In this document: positions 38,790-50,164 of the stretch, in pieces
Layout of the letters: the number at the start of each line of letters is the position of its first letter
Position numbering within the stretch: position 1 is the first letter of the stretch
Assembly: GCA_049453775.1 (NCBI GenBank)
Contig: JBMTXT010000001.1
Location: 1 to 62,376 of the forward strand
DNA length: 62,376 nt
Source: Gemmatimonadaceae bacterium
Lineage (GTDB): Bacteria > Gemmatimonadota > Gemmatimonadetes > Gemmatimonadales > Gemmatimonadaceae
Direction: 5' to 3'
Program-made: the position numbers and the translations under genes
The notes under the pieces: model-generated
Database searches by the model: none
Seen by the model: the letters and a program-made list of their open reading frames with translations, nothing else
Told to the model about the DNA's origin: nothing

Positions 38790-40177
38790 TCGGCGTCGGC
38801 CTCGAACGGCTCCTCTACCTCGTCGCCGCCGTCCTCTTCATCACGGGGCTCAAGCAGCTTCAGAGCCCAGAGACGGCGCGCAAAGGCAATCAGATCTCGG
38901 CCGCCGGCATGTTGCTGGCGATCGTGATCACGCTGCTCAGCACCAAGACGATGACGTACGGCACGATCATGGCCGGCCTCCTCGTGGGCGGCGGGATCGG
39001 GCTCTATCTCGCCCGCTCGGTGGCGATGACCTCGATGCCGCAGATGGTCGCGCTCCTGAACGGGGTGGGTGGCGGCTCCTCGCTCCTCGTGGCGTCCGCC
39101 GAGTATCTCCACCGGTACGCGAAGGGCGAGGCGGCGACAGTCGATGTCGCGCTCTCGACCCACCTCGGCGTGCTGATCGGCGCGGTGACGCTCACCGGAT
39201 CGGCGATCGCCTGGGCCAAGTTGCAGGAGGTCATGACCGGGAAGGCGATCACCTTCGGCGGACAGAAGACGGTGAACGGGCTCCTCTTCGCGGTGATCGC
39301 GGGGCTCGCCGCCTGGCTGATCATGGTCCCCACCGCCCCACTCTGGGCCTTCTACGCCCTCATCGGCCTCGCCCTGCTCCTCGGCGTGTTGCTCGTGATC
39401 CCGATCGGCGGCGCGGACATGCCGGTGGTGATCTCGCTCCTCAACTCCTACTCGGGCATCGCGGCCGCGATGACGGGCTTCGTGATCAAGAGCGAGGTCC
39501 TCGTGATCTCCGGCGCGCTCGTCGGGTCCTCGGGGATCATCCTCTCGCAGATCATGTGCAAGGCGATGAACCGTTCGCTGAGCAATGTGCTCTTCGGGGC
39601 CTTCGGGGCGGCGGCGGGGAAGAGCACCAAGAGCTCGGAAGGGCTCACCGTGACCTCCACCAACGTAGAGGAGGCGGCGCTCCAGCTCGCCTACGCGCAG
39701 CAGGTGATCGTGGTCCCGGGCTACGGCCTCGCCGTGGCGCAGGCCCAGCACCAGGTCCGCGAGCTCATGGACCTGATCGAGAAGCGCGGCGGGACGGTGA
39801 AGTTCGCCATCCATCCGGTCGCGGGCCGGATGCCGGGGCATATGAACGTGCTGCTCGCCGAGGCGAACATCCCGTACGACAAGCTGATCGACATGGATGA
39901 CATCAACCCCGAATTCGAGCGGACCGATGTCTGTCTCGTGATCGGCGCGAACGACGTCGTGAATCCCGCGGCGCGCACCGATTCGACGAGCCCGATCTTC
40001 GGGATGCCGATCCTCAATGCCGATCAAGCCAAGCGCTGCATCGTGATGAAGCGCGGGATGAGCGCGGGGTTCGCGGGGATCGAGAACGAGCTCTTCTACA
40101 ATCCCAAGACGCAGATGCTCTTCGGCGATGCCAAGGGGACGCTGACGAAGCTCGTCGCCGAGGTGAAGCAGGTCTAG
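38786..40177 (+). CDS. pntB: NAD(P) transhydrogenase subunit beta
   Basis: MPQMVALLNG, IGGADMPVVISLLNSYSG, VPGYG, HPVAGRMPGHMNVLLAEA, IGANDVVNP. Confidence 0.97.
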   Translation: MIGVGLERLLYLVAAVLFITGLKQLQSPETARKGNQISAAGMLLAIVITLLSTKTMTYGTIMAGLLVGGGIGLYLARSVAMTSMPQMVALLNGVGGGSSLLVASAEYLHRYAKGEAATVDVALSTHLGVLIGAVTLTGSAIAWAKLQEVMTGKAITFGGQKTVNGLLFAVIAGLAAWLIMVPTAPLWAFYALIGLALLLGVLLVIPIGGADMPVVISLLNSYSGIAAAMTGFVIKSEVLVISGALVGSSGIILSQIMCKAMNRSLSNVLFGAFGAAAGKSTKSSEGLTVTSTNVEEAALQLAYAQQVIVVPGYGLAVAQAQHQVRELMDLIEKRGGTVKFAIHPVAGRMPGHMNVLLAEANIPYDKLIDMDDINPEFERTDVCLVIGANDVVNPAARTDSTSPIFGMPILNADQAKRCIVMKRGMSAGFAGIENELFYNPKTQMLFGDAKGTLTKLVAEVKQV

Positions 40178-41328
40178 GCGGCGTCGTAGGTGCGCGTCCG
40201 CCAGCGCCGGGGACGCCGCACCGACGAGATCACCATCCGAACCGCCGCGAGCGGATCGGCGAGCGGGCTCAGCCACCAGCTGAGCCCTTTTCGTTGATAG
40301 CTCCCACTAAGCGCGAGCTGCAGCAGCAGGCGGATCGCGAGGATCGCGGCAGTGAGGCCGGTGAGCAGATCACGCGCGGGTGAGACCGGAAGTGACGGCC
40401 AGCACGCCCAGAGCGCGAGGGCGAGCAGCGGCGTGAGGCCCTGCGCGCACACCACGATCAGGACGTCGCGCCACTGCTGCGCGCGGCTCGCCGCGTCCTT
40501 GAGATCGATCGAGCGCCCCCACTCGCGCCACATCTGGCCGACGTTCGCATAACTCCGTACGCGGTAAAGGTGTGAGCCATCGAGGAAGCCCACCGCCACC
40601 CCGCGCGTCGCCAGGTGCCGCACGAGCGAGACATCCTCGGCGAACGACTCGCGGACCGGCTCGTAGCCGCCATGGTGCAGGAGGACCTCACGCCGGGCGA
40701 GGAAGCACTGCCCATTGGCGAGGATCCGATCGGGGCGCACCCGCGGATCCCCCGCCGCGCCGGTGCGATAGAGCAGCGACACGAGGAGCGCGGGTTGCAG
40801 CCAGCGCTCGGCGAGGCCCTGCCCATCGAAGCGCGGCGAGAAGGAGACCACGTCGAAGCGCTCTCGGAGTGCCGCGTGGACGATCGCGGCCGCCGCGCCG
40901 GGGTGCGCCTCGGTATCGGCATCGAGCCCGAGCACCCAGGGCTGGCTCGCCTGCGTGAGACCATACTGGAGCGCCCATGCCTTCCCGATCCACCCCGTGG
41001 GCAATGGCGGGTCGGTGAGGAGCCGGATCCGGGGATCCTGTCGAGCGGCCGCCTCGACGAGCGCGCGGGTGCCATCGGTCGATCCGGAGTCGATGACGAG
41101 GATCTCCCGCACCGGGGCGCCCTGCGCCCGCACGCCGCGCAGGCAGGGGCGGATGCGGTGCGCCTCATTGAGGCAGGCGATCACAAGGCTGACCCCCGGC
41201 GCCTCGACCCCCTCGGGACGCGGGCGCTCGGGCGGGCGGCGGGTGCGCCCGCCGATGAGCCGCACCGAGAGCACGGCGAGCGTCCCCCCCTGCACGAGGG
41301 CGAGCCCGCCGAGGAGTGCCTCGATCAT
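40174..41328 (-). CDS. cruG: GT2 glycosyltransferase, CruG-like carotenoid 2'-O-glycosyltransferase
   Basis: LNEAHRI, DSGSTDGT, LPTGWIGK, DADT, WLQPALL, ANGQCFL, EWGRSIDLKDA, WLSPLADPLA recall cyanobacterial CruG. GT2 membership is firm; CruG orthology is from memory. Confidence 0.75.
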   Translation of the reverse strand: MIEALLGGLALVQGGTLAVLSVRLIGGRTRRPPERPRPEGVEAPGVSLVIACLNEAHRIRPCLRGVRAQGAPVREILVIDSGSTDGTRALVEAAARQDPRIRLLTDPPLPTGWIGKAWALQYGLTQASQPWVLGLDADTEAHPGAAAAIVHAALRERFDVVSFSPRFDGQGLAERWLQPALLVSLLYRTGAAGDPRVRPDRILANGQCFLARREVLLHHGGYEPVRESFAEDVSLVRHLATRGVAVGFLDGSHLYRVRSYANVGQMWREWGRSIDLKDAASRAQQWRDVLIVVCAQGLTPLLALALWACWPSLPVSPARDLLTGLTAAILAIRLLLQLALSGSYQRKGLSWWLSPLADPLAAVRMVISSVRRPRRWRTRTYDAA

Positions 41329-41355
41329 GGGTGGCGACCGCGCAGCACCCGCACC

Positions 41356-43473
41356 TTACTGGATGGGACCCGCGTTGATCTGATCGACGATGAAGGCGAA
41401 GCGGAAGGCCTGTTCCTTGAGCCGCTCATAGCGTCCCGAGGAGCCGCCATGCCCCGCCCCCATGTGCATCTTGAGCAGGAGCGGATTCGCGTCGGTCTTC
41501 GTCGCGCGGAGCTTGGCCACCCACTTGGTGGGCTCGAAGTAGCCGACGCGGGAATCGTTGAGCCCGCTCGTCACGAGCATGCGCGGGTACGCCTTGGCCT
41601 CCACGTTGTCGTAGGGAGAGTAGCCGCGCATGTAGCGGTACTCCTCCGCCTGCTGTGGATTCCCCCACTGCTCCCATTCCTGTGCGGTGAGGGGGATGCT
41701 CGCATCGAGCATCGTGTTGATCACGTCGACGAAGGGGACGTCGGCGACGATCACCTTGAAGAGTTCGGGCCGCAGGTTCGCGACGACCCCCATCAGGAGG
41801 CCACCGGCGCTCCCCCCATTCGCCGCGAGCCGCTCAGGGGTGGTGTAGCGCTCGCGCACGAGATGATCGGCGACGTCGATGAAGTCGGTGAAGGTGTTCA
41901 TCTTCTTGAGCATCTTCCCGTCGTCGTACCAGGGGCGCCCCATCTCCTGCCCACCGCGCACATGCGCGATGGCGTAGGTGAACCCGCGATCGACCAGCGC
42001 GAAGCGCTGCGAGCTGAAGGTCGGCTCCGTGGTAGAGCCGTACGACCCATAGGCGTAGAGCAGGAGCGGCGCCTTCCCGTCCCGCACGAATCCCCTGCGA
42101 TGCACGAGGGAGATCGGGATCCGCGTGCCGTCCCGGGCGATAGCAAAGAGCCGCTCCACCTCGTACCGCGCCGGATCATACCCCGGCACCTCGGTGCGCT
42201 TCTTCTCGACCCGCGTCCGCCGCTCCATGTCGTAGTCGAAGACCGTGCTCGGCGTCACGAGGGAGCTGTAGGAGAAGCGGAGCTCCCGCGCCTCGTACTG
42301 CGGATTCTCGCCCGGGAAGACGCCGTACGCCGCCTCGGGGAAGGTCACCTCGTGCGTGTCGCGCTTCCCATCGAGCGCGGAGATGCGCAGCCGCCGCAAT
42401 CCCTCGCGGCGCTCGACCACCACGACATGATGCTTGAAGGGCATCACCCCTTCGACGAAGACGTCAGCGCGCGGGGCGAGCCAATCCGTCCACTGGGCCC
42501 GGCCGGGGGACGCCACCGGCGCGGTCATCACGCGGAAGTTCTGTGCGTCGTCGTTCGTGACGATGTAGAGCACCCCCTCCCCCGGCTCCACCTCGTACTC
42601 GATCCCCGGACGGCGGGCCTCGACGACGCGGGGCCGCTCGGTGGGACGGGCGGTCGAGATGAGATGCCACTCGCTCGAGGTGAACGACCCGCTGGAGATG
42701 AGGATCCACTCCCCGTTGCGCGACCGTCGCACATTCACGTTGAAGAGCACATCGTCGTCCTGATAGACCTTCACATCGGCGCTGCGGGGTGTCCCCAGCA
42801 CATGCCGCCAGACGGCATCACCGCGCTTCGCCGAGTCGGGGGTCATGTAGAAGAGCGTCTGGTTGTCGTTCGCCCAGGCGAGCCCCCAGCTCAGCTGCTC
42901 GATCTCATCGGGGAGCCACTGCCCCGTGCGGAGATCCCGGACGCGGAGGATGAAGTCCTCATAGCCGGTGGTATCGACGAGCACGGCGAGCAGGTTGTGA
43001 TCGGGGCTCACCTCCATCCCGCCGAGCGAGTAGAAGGCGTGCCCCTCGGCCTCAGCGTTCTGGTCGAAGTAGACCTCCTCCTTCGCCTCGAGGGAACCAC
43101 GTTTGCGGACGTAGATGGGATAGGGCTTCCCCTTCTCGGTCCGCGCGTAGTAGTACCACCCGTCGCGGCGCTCGGGGACCTGGCTGTCGTCCTCCTTGAT
43201 CTTGGCGAGCATCTCGTCGTAGAGCTGCTGCTGGAGCGCCGCCGTCTGCGCCATCATCGCGTCGGTGTAGCGGTTCTCCGCCTCGAGGTAGGGGATCGTC
43301 TCGGGGTGGTTGCGATCCTTGAAGTAGGCGTAGTCGTCGACGCGGCGATCGCCGTGGAGGACCGACTCGACGGGGAGGCGCTTGGCGACGGGGGGGGTGG
43401 GGGTCTGCGCGGACATGGTGGCCGGGAGGACGATCAGGGAAAGGAGCGGGGCGACGAACGCGGTCGGACGCAT
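41356..43473 (-). CDS. ptrB: S9A oligopeptidase B with signal peptide
   Basis: YGSYG, HVRGG, GGSAGG nucleophile, VPFVDV, DSRV, AGHGG. Start set at ATG 43473 (MRPTAFVAPLLSLIVLPATMSA-Q). Confidence 0.9.
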   Translation of the reverse strand: MRPTAFVAPLLSLIVLPATMSAQTPTPPVAKRLPVESVLHGDRRVDDYAYFKDRNHPETIPYLEAENRYTDAMMAQTAALQQQLYDEMLAKIKEDDSQVPERRDGWYYYARTEKGKPYPIYVRKRGSLEAKEEVYFDQNAEAEGHAFYSLGGMEVSPDHNLLAVLVDTTGYEDFILRVRDLRTGQWLPDEIEQLSWGLAWANDNQTLFYMTPDSAKRGDAVWRHVLGTPRSADVKVYQDDDVLFNVNVRRSRNGEWILISSGSFTSSEWHLISTARPTERPRVVEARRPGIEYEVEPGEGVLYIVTNDDAQNFRVMTAPVASPGRAQWTDWLAPRADVFVEGVMPFKHHVVVVERREGLRRLRISALDGKRDTHEVTFPEAAYGVFPGENPQYEARELRFSYSSLVTPSTVFDYDMERRTRVEKKRTEVPGYDPARYEVERLFAIARDGTRIPISLVHRRGFVRDGKAPLLLYAYGSYGSTTEPTFSSQRFALVDRGFTYAIAHVRGGQEMGRPWYDDGKMLKKMNTFTDFIDVADHLVRERYTTPERLAANGGSAGGLLMGVVANLRPELFKVIVADVPFVDVINTMLDASIPLTAQEWEQWGNPQQAEEYRYMRGYSPYDNVEAKAYPRMLVTSGLNDSRVGYFEPTKWVAKLRATKTDANPLLLKMHMGAGHGGSSGRYERLKEQAFRFAFIVDQINAGPIQ

Positions 43474-43597
43474 CGCAAAGATCCTGAGAGAGGGATGCCG
43501 AAAGCTACCGAGCGCCCGGACGGGGTGTGAGGCGCTAGCTTTCCCTGTCGCTCGCCCCGTCCCCGCGCCCACTTCCCCGACCCCCGACCCCCGCCCC

Positions 43598-44128
43598 ATG
43601 GCCACCACCGGCCGTCGCCTTCTGCGCCTCTGGCGCCTCTGCGCGCCGATTCCCGGCGGATGGTGGGTCTTCCAGCGCCTCTTCGCCTGGACCGTCCCCT
43701 ACTCCGCCTCGACCGCGCCCCGCGTGCGGGTCCTCGAACCGGGGCACGCCGAGGTCGAGATCCCCGACCGACGCGCCAACCGCCAGCACCTCGGTTCCGT
43801 CCATGCCATCGCGCTCCTGAACGTGGCGGAGATGGCGAGTGGGCTCGCGATGGTGAGCGGCCTCCCCGACGGGGTGCGGAGCATCGTGCGCGAGATCCGG
43901 ATGGAATACCTGAAGAAGGCGCGTGGGACGATCCGTGCGGTGAGTCGGGTCACGATCCCCGCGGTGACCGGCGATGTGGATCACGAGGTCACCGCCGACT
44001 GCCTCGACACCTCGGGGGCGGTGGTCGCCCGTGCGACCGTCTCGTGGCGGCTGGGGCTGGCCCCGGGGCAGCCCCCCTCCGGCCCCGGATCGCCTACGGC
44101 AGAGCCCCCTCACACCGGAGCCCGATGA
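43598..44128 (+). CDS. hotdog-fold thioesterase-like protein (DUF4442/PaaI-like)
   Basis: VPYSAS, HLGSVHAIALLNVAEMASG, EYLKKARG. Start set at ATG 43598. Confidence 0.82.
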   Translation: MATTGRRLLRLWRLCAPIPGGWWVFQRLFAWTVPYSASTAPRVRVLEPGHAEVEIPDRRANRQHLGSVHAIALLNVAEMASGLAMVSGLPDGVRSIVREIRMEYLKKARGTIRAVSRVTIPAVTGDVDHEVTADCLDTSGAVVARATVSWRLGLAPGQPPSGPGSPTAEPPHTGAR

Positions 44129-45093
44129 TGGAGACGGCGTTCACCCGGCAGGTCGGCATCGAGGTCCCACTGATCTGCGGTCCGATGTACCCCTGCTCCA
44201 ACCCCGAGCTCGTCGCGGCGGTCAGTGAGGCAGGAGGACTGGGGATCGTCCAGCCGATCTCGCTCACCTACGTCCACGGCCATGACTTCCGGGAGGGGCT
44301 CCGCTACATCAAGCGGCTGACCGCGAAGCCGATCGGCTTCAACGCGCTCATCGAAGGGAACAACAGGATCTACCGCACGCGGATGGAGGAGTGGATCGAC
44401 ATCGCCCTGGAGGAGGGGGTGCGCTTCTTCCTCACCTCCCTCGGGAATCCGCGCTGGGTCTGCGAGAAGGTCCACGCGGTCGGCGGCGTGGTCTACCACG
44501 ACGTCACCGAACGGAAGTGGGCGCAGAAGGGGGTCGATGGGGGAGTCGACGGCCTGGTCGCGGTGAACGATCGCGCCGGGGGCCATGCGGGGGGAAAGAG
44601 TGCGCAGGCCCTGCTCGACGAGCTCCAACCCTTCGGCCTCCCCCTCGTCGCCGCGGGCGGCGTCGGCGATGCCGCTGAGTTCGCGCGGATGATCCGCCTG
44701 GGGTACGCCGCCGTGCAGCTCGGGACCCGCTTCATCGCCACCACCGAGTGCGAGAGCAGTCAGGCGTACAAGGACGCGATCGTGAACGCCCGCGAGGAGG
44801 ATATCGTGCGCACGGTCCGCCTCACCGGTGTCCCCGTGGCCGTGATCAACAATGCGTATATCCAACGGCTCGGGACTGATGCGAGCCCCTTCGCCCGCTG
44901 GATGCTTCGCGGCCGCCGCACGAAACACTGGATGCGCACCTGGTACGCCATCAACTCGGTCCGACGCCTCAAGCGCTCCCTCTGGAGCGACGACATCGCG
45001 CAGGACTATTGGCAGGCCGGCCGGTCCGTGGCGACCATTCATGACATCCGGCCCGCCGGCGAGATCGTCCGCGCATTCGCCGCGGCGCTCTGA
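44125..45093 (+). CDS. nitronate monooxygenase / FabK-like FMN oxidoreductase
   Basis: PLICGPM, AVSEAGGLG, AGGHAG, VAAGGVG, VQLGTRFIAT. ATG at 44125 overlaps the upstream stop. Confidence 0.88.
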   Translation: MMETAFTRQVGIEVPLICGPMYPCSNPELVAAVSEAGGLGIVQPISLTYVHGHDFREGLRYIKRLTAKPIGFNALIEGNNRIYRTRMEEWIDIALEEGVRFFLTSLGNPRWVCEKVHAVGGVVYHDVTERKWAQKGVDGGVDGLVAVNDRAGGHAGGKSAQALLDELQPFGLPLVAAGGVGDAAEFARMIRLGYAAVQLGTRFIATTECESSQAYKDAIVNAREEDIVRTVRLTGVPVAVINNAYIQRLGTDASPFARWMLRGRRTKHWMRTWYAINSVRRLKRSLWSDDIAQDYWQAGRSVATIHDIRPAGEIVRAFAAAL

Positions 45094-45118
45094 CCCCTGG
45101 CCCCTGACCCCTGTCACC
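45091..45118 (+). repeat. degenerate heptamer tandem repeat TGACCCC/TGGCCCC/TGACCCC/TGTCACC
   Basis: Read directly in the intergenic spacer. Confidence 0.7.
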
Positions 45119-45128
45119 TGGAGTTCCA

Positions 45129-45908
45129 ATGGCTGCCGACGTGATTGACTACCGTCTCATCGGAGACGACATGCAGGGGGTGATCATCACCCTCGACCCG
45201 GGCGAGGCGGTGCTCGCGGAGGCGGGGGCGATGATGTACATGGAGGATGGGATCCAGATGGCGACCACCCTCGATCCGAACAACCAGGGGGGCGGGCTCT
45301 TCGGCAAGCTCGTGGGCGCTGGGAAGCGCATGCTCACCGGGGAGTCGTTCTTCATCACCCTCTTCGGCAACACCGTCAACCAGCGGCGCGACGTCGCCTT
45401 CGCCGCCCCGACGCCCGGCAAGATCCTCATCGCCGACCTGACGCACTGGGGCGGTGAGCTCATCGCGCAGAAGGACGCCTTCCTCTGCGCCGCGCGGGGG
45501 ATCGACATGGATATCGCCTTCACCCGCCGCATCGGCGCCGGCTTCTTCGGGGGCGAGGGGTTCATTCTCCAGCGTCTCCGCGGCGATGGCCTCGCCTTCC
45601 TCTCCGCCTCCGGCACCCTCGTGGAGCGTGAGCTCGCGGCCGGCGAGGTCCTGCGCGTCGACACCGGCTGCCTCGTCGCGATGCAGCCCTCGGTCGACTA
45701 CGACATCGAGATGGTCCGCGGCGTGAAGACGATGCTCTTCGGGGGCGAGGGGCTCTTCTACGTGAAGCTCACCGGCCCCGGGAAGGTCGTCCTCCAGACG
45801 ATGCCCTTCTCGCGCCTCGCCGAGCAGGTGATCGCGCATGCCCCCGCGCTCCAGCGGCAGGGCACCTCCCGCGGCTTGATCGGCGGGATCCTCGGCGATC
45901 AGGGGTGA
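45129..45908 (+). CDS. TIGR00266 / AIM24 family protein
   Basis: AEAGAMMYM, TGESFF, QKDAFLCA, GFFGGEGFILQ, VDTGC, GGEGLF. Confidence 0.9.
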   Translation: MAADVIDYRLIGDDMQGVIITLDPGEAVLAEAGAMMYMEDGIQMATTLDPNNQGGGLFGKLVGAGKRMLTGESFFITLFGNTVNQRRDVAFAAPTPGKILIADLTHWGGELIAQKDAFLCAARGIDMDIAFTRRIGAGFFGGEGFILQRLRGDGLAFLSASGTLVERELAAGEVLRVDTGCLVAMQPSVDYDIEMVRGVKTMLFGGEGLFYVKLTGPGKVVLQTMPFSRLAEQVIAHAPALQRQGTSRGLIGGILGDQG

Positions 45909-45912
45909 GCGC

Positions 45913-48405
45913 GTGACCATCCCGCGGTGGCTGACAACGGGAATCGCCGGGACCGTCCTCGCGGCGGGGCTGGTGCATGGGTTCTTCCCGATTCGGGATC
46001 TCCCCGCCCTTGGTCCCCTGCTCGACCCGGCGCACGGGGTCTGGGCGGCGGCGCGAACGGCGGAGCTACGTGCGGAGGAGTCCGCGCCACTCGCCGGCCT
46101 CGGGGACGCCGTGACCATCGAGTATGACGACCGCGGCGTCCCGCACATCTTCGCCGCGACGGAGCTCGATGGGTTCCGGGCGCTGGGGTGGGTCCATGCA
46201 CGCGACCGACTCTTCCAGATGGAGATGACGCAGCGCGCCGCCGCGGGGACCCTCACCGAGGTCGCGGGGGCGCGCACGCTCGAGCTCGATCGGGCGGCGC
46301 GGGCGCGTGGGCTCCCCGCCGCGGCCGCGGCCAAGTGGGCCGCCCTCGCAGCGGACGACCCCACCCGCGCGGCGATCGCCGCGTACATGGAGGGCGTGAA
46401 CGCCTGGATCGCGCAGGCGTCGTCCGCCGAGCTGCCGATCGAATACAAGCTGTTGGGGGTCGCCCCACGGCGGTTCGAGCCGGTCGATTGCTTCCTCCTG
46501 CTGATGCAGATGGCGCAGTCCCTCTCGTATCGCGATGACGAACTCCGACGGGAGGCGATCGAGGCGCTGATCGGGGCCAAGGCCACGGAGGCGCTCTTCC
46601 CGGTCAATGCCCCGATCCAGGAGCCGATCGAACCGGTCCCGGGACGCACCGCGCCCACCTACCTCGCGATCCGGTTCCCTGCCCCGACCCTCCCGACGCC
46701 CGCGAAGGTCGCCACCGCGCGAGCGCGTCTCGAGGATGGACGGCGCCTGCTCGCCGGTGTCGAGAGCGAGACCAAGGGCGAGGCGGTGGTCGGGAGCAAC
46801 AACTGGGCGGTGGGCCCGACGCGCTCCGCCTCCGGTCATGCCCTGCTCTCTGGTGACCCGCATCTCCAGCTCACCCTCCCGAGCATCTGGTACGAGGTGC
46901 ACCTCGTGGCGGGGGCACTCGACCTCTACGGCGTCTCGCTCCCTCTCTCGCCGGTGATCCCGATCGGGTTCAATCGCGACGTAGCGTGGACCGCGACCAA
47001 CACCGGCGCCGACGTCGTCGACTTCTATCGAGAAACGGTGGACGATTCGGTCGCCCCGACGACGTACCTGCTCGACGGCGAGTGGATGCCGGTCACCGCG
47101 CGCGTCGAGACCTTCCGCGGGAAGCGCGGCGAGGTGCTCGCCACCGACACGCTCTACACCACCCATCGGGGTCCGCTGCGGCGCACCTCCGCCGGGTGGA
47201 CCTCGCAGCGGTGGACCGCACTCGAGCCCTCGAACGAGGCGGGGGGCTATCTGCAAGCGATCCGCGCGCGCTCCGTCGACGCCTGGTATGACGCGATGCA
47301 GGGCTATCGCGCGCCGGCCCAGAACTTCCTCGTCGCCGACCGCAGCGGGCGGATCGCGATTCGGAGCACGGGGCGCTTCCCCATCCGGCCCGGCGATGGA
47401 CGGGGCGATCGGATCCACGACGGGGCGACCCGCGCGAGTGACTGGACCGGCGACTGGCCGGCGGCGCGTCTCCCGCAGGCGATGGCGCCAGCGCAGGGCT
47501 ATCTGGCGAGCGCCAATCAACAGCCCCTCGATCCCACGCGGCGCCCTGGCTACCTCGGCTGGGATTGGCCGACCCCCTGGCGCGCGATGCGGATCAATCA
47601 GATCCTGCGGGCCGACGCGGCGATGACGCCGGAGAAGATGCGGCTCGCCCACACCGATCCACAGAGCGCGCTCACCGCCCCGGTGCTCACGGCCCTGCGC
47701 GACGCGATGCGGGCGCAGCCGATGGCCGCCGAGGAGGCGCGTGCCGCCCTCGCCGTCCTCGAGGGATGGGATCAGCACTTCGATCCCGAGAGCCAGGGGG
47801 CGGTCCTCTTCGATGCCGTCCTTCGCACGATCACCAATCACACCTGGGACGAGTTGATCCCCGAGGGGGAGAGTGGCCGCGCGGCGACCCCGAACTCGAT
47901 GCTCTTGGTCCGCCTGTTCGAAGACCGCACCTCCATCTGGTGGGATGATCGTCGCACCCCTGAGGTGCGCGAAGACCGCGACCAGATCCTCGTGCAGAGC
48001 CTCGCCTCCGCGTGGCGGGACACCCGCGCTCAACTCGGGAACGATCCCGCTGCCTGGCGCTGGCGGATGCGGCGCCTGACCCATGTGCGGCATCTCCTCC
48101 AGCTCCCAGGCTTCGACCGGGAGTCACTCGCCGTGCAGGCGGGCCCCGGCACGCTGAGCCCGAGCGAGGGGCGTGGGACCGCGGGGGCAAGCTGGCGCTT
48201 CGTCGTCGAGCTCGGCGACACCCTGCAGGCGTGGGGGATCTATCCGGGGGGACAATCGGGGAACCCCGTCTCCTCTCGCTACGCCGATCGTCTCGAAGGG
48301 TGGCGCCTCGGACAGCTCAACCCCCTGCACCTCCCGCGCAAGGCGGGCGAACTCTCCGGCATGGTGCGCCAGAGCGTCCTCACCCTCACCCCGGTAGCGC
48401 GATGA
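45913..48405 (+). CDS. penicillin acylase / S45 Ntn-hydrolase family protein
   Basis: GVPHIFA, HARDRLFQM, GSNNW beta-chain nucleophile, GDPHL, SANQ, PGGQSG. Confidence 0.92.
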   Translation: MTIPRWLTTGIAGTVLAAGLVHGFFPIRDLPALGPLLDPAHGVWAAARTAELRAEESAPLAGLGDAVTIEYDDRGVPHIFAATELDGFRALGWVHARDRLFQMEMTQRAAAGTLTEVAGARTLELDRAARARGLPAAAAAKWAALAADDPTRAAIAAYMEGVNAWIAQASSAELPIEYKLLGVAPRRFEPVDCFLLLMQMAQSLSYRDDELRREAIEALIGAKATEALFPVNAPIQEPIEPVPGRTAPTYLAIRFPAPTLPTPAKVATARARLEDGRRLLAGVESETKGEAVVGSNNWAVGPTRSASGHALLSGDPHLQLTLPSIWYEVHLVAGALDLYGVSLPLSPVIPIGFNRDVAWTATNTGADVVDFYRETVDDSVAPTTYLLDGEWMPVTARVETFRGKRGEVLATDTLYTTHRGPLRRTSAGWTSQRWTALEPSNEAGGYLQAIRARSVDAWYDAMQGYRAPAQNFLVADRSGRIAIRSTGRFPIRPGDGRGDRIHDGATRASDWTGDWPAARLPQAMAPAQGYLASANQQPLDPTRRPGYLGWDWPTPWRAMRINQILRADAAMTPEKMRLAHTDPQSALTAPVLTALRDAMRAQPMAAEEARAALAVLEGWDQHFDPESQGAVLFDAVLRTITNHTWDELIPEGESGRAATPNSMLLVRLFEDRTSIWWDDRRTPEVREDRDQILVQSLASAWRDTRAQLGNDPAAWRWRMRRLTHVRHLLQLPGFDRESLAVQAGPGTLSPSEGRGTAGASWRFVVELGDTLQAWGIYPGGQSGNPVSSRYADRLEGWRLGQLNPLHLPRKAGELSGMVRQSVLTLTPVAR

Positions 48406-48761
48406 CCCGGCCGATCTGGTTCCTCCTCACGAGCACGGCGATCGCGACCCTCACCTGGGTCATCGGGTGGTGGATGGTCCCGGTGGTCGCGGCGATCCTC
48501 ACCCTCGTCCGCCGCGACGATGCCGCCGCCCCATTCCTCGCGGGGCTCGCTGGCGTGGTGGCCTGGGGACTCATCCTCGCCCTCGTGGCCCGTAGCGCCC
48601 CTGGCGGCTCCGTGGCGCTGACCGTCGGACGCGCGCTCCGCCTCGGCCCGAACGCCCTGATCGCGGTGACGGTGGCCTACGGCGGCCTCCTCGCGGGGAC
48701 CGCCGCGCTGCTCACCCGAGCCCTCACGACCTCGGGGCCGAGGGGCACGCCGACGCTCTGA
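48402..48761 (+). CDS. small hydrophobic membrane protein
   Basis: 119 aa with 3-4 TM segments; ATG at 48402 overlaps the acylase stop. Confidence 0.75.
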   Translation: MTRPIWFLLTSTAIATLTWVIGWWMVPVVAAILTLVRRDDAAAPFLAGLAGVVAWGLILALVARSAPGGSVALTVGRALRLGPNALIAVTVAYGGLLAGTAALLTRALTTSGPRGTPTL

Positions 48762-50153
<1,392 letters not shown>

Positions 50154-50164
50154 CCGCTGAAGAG

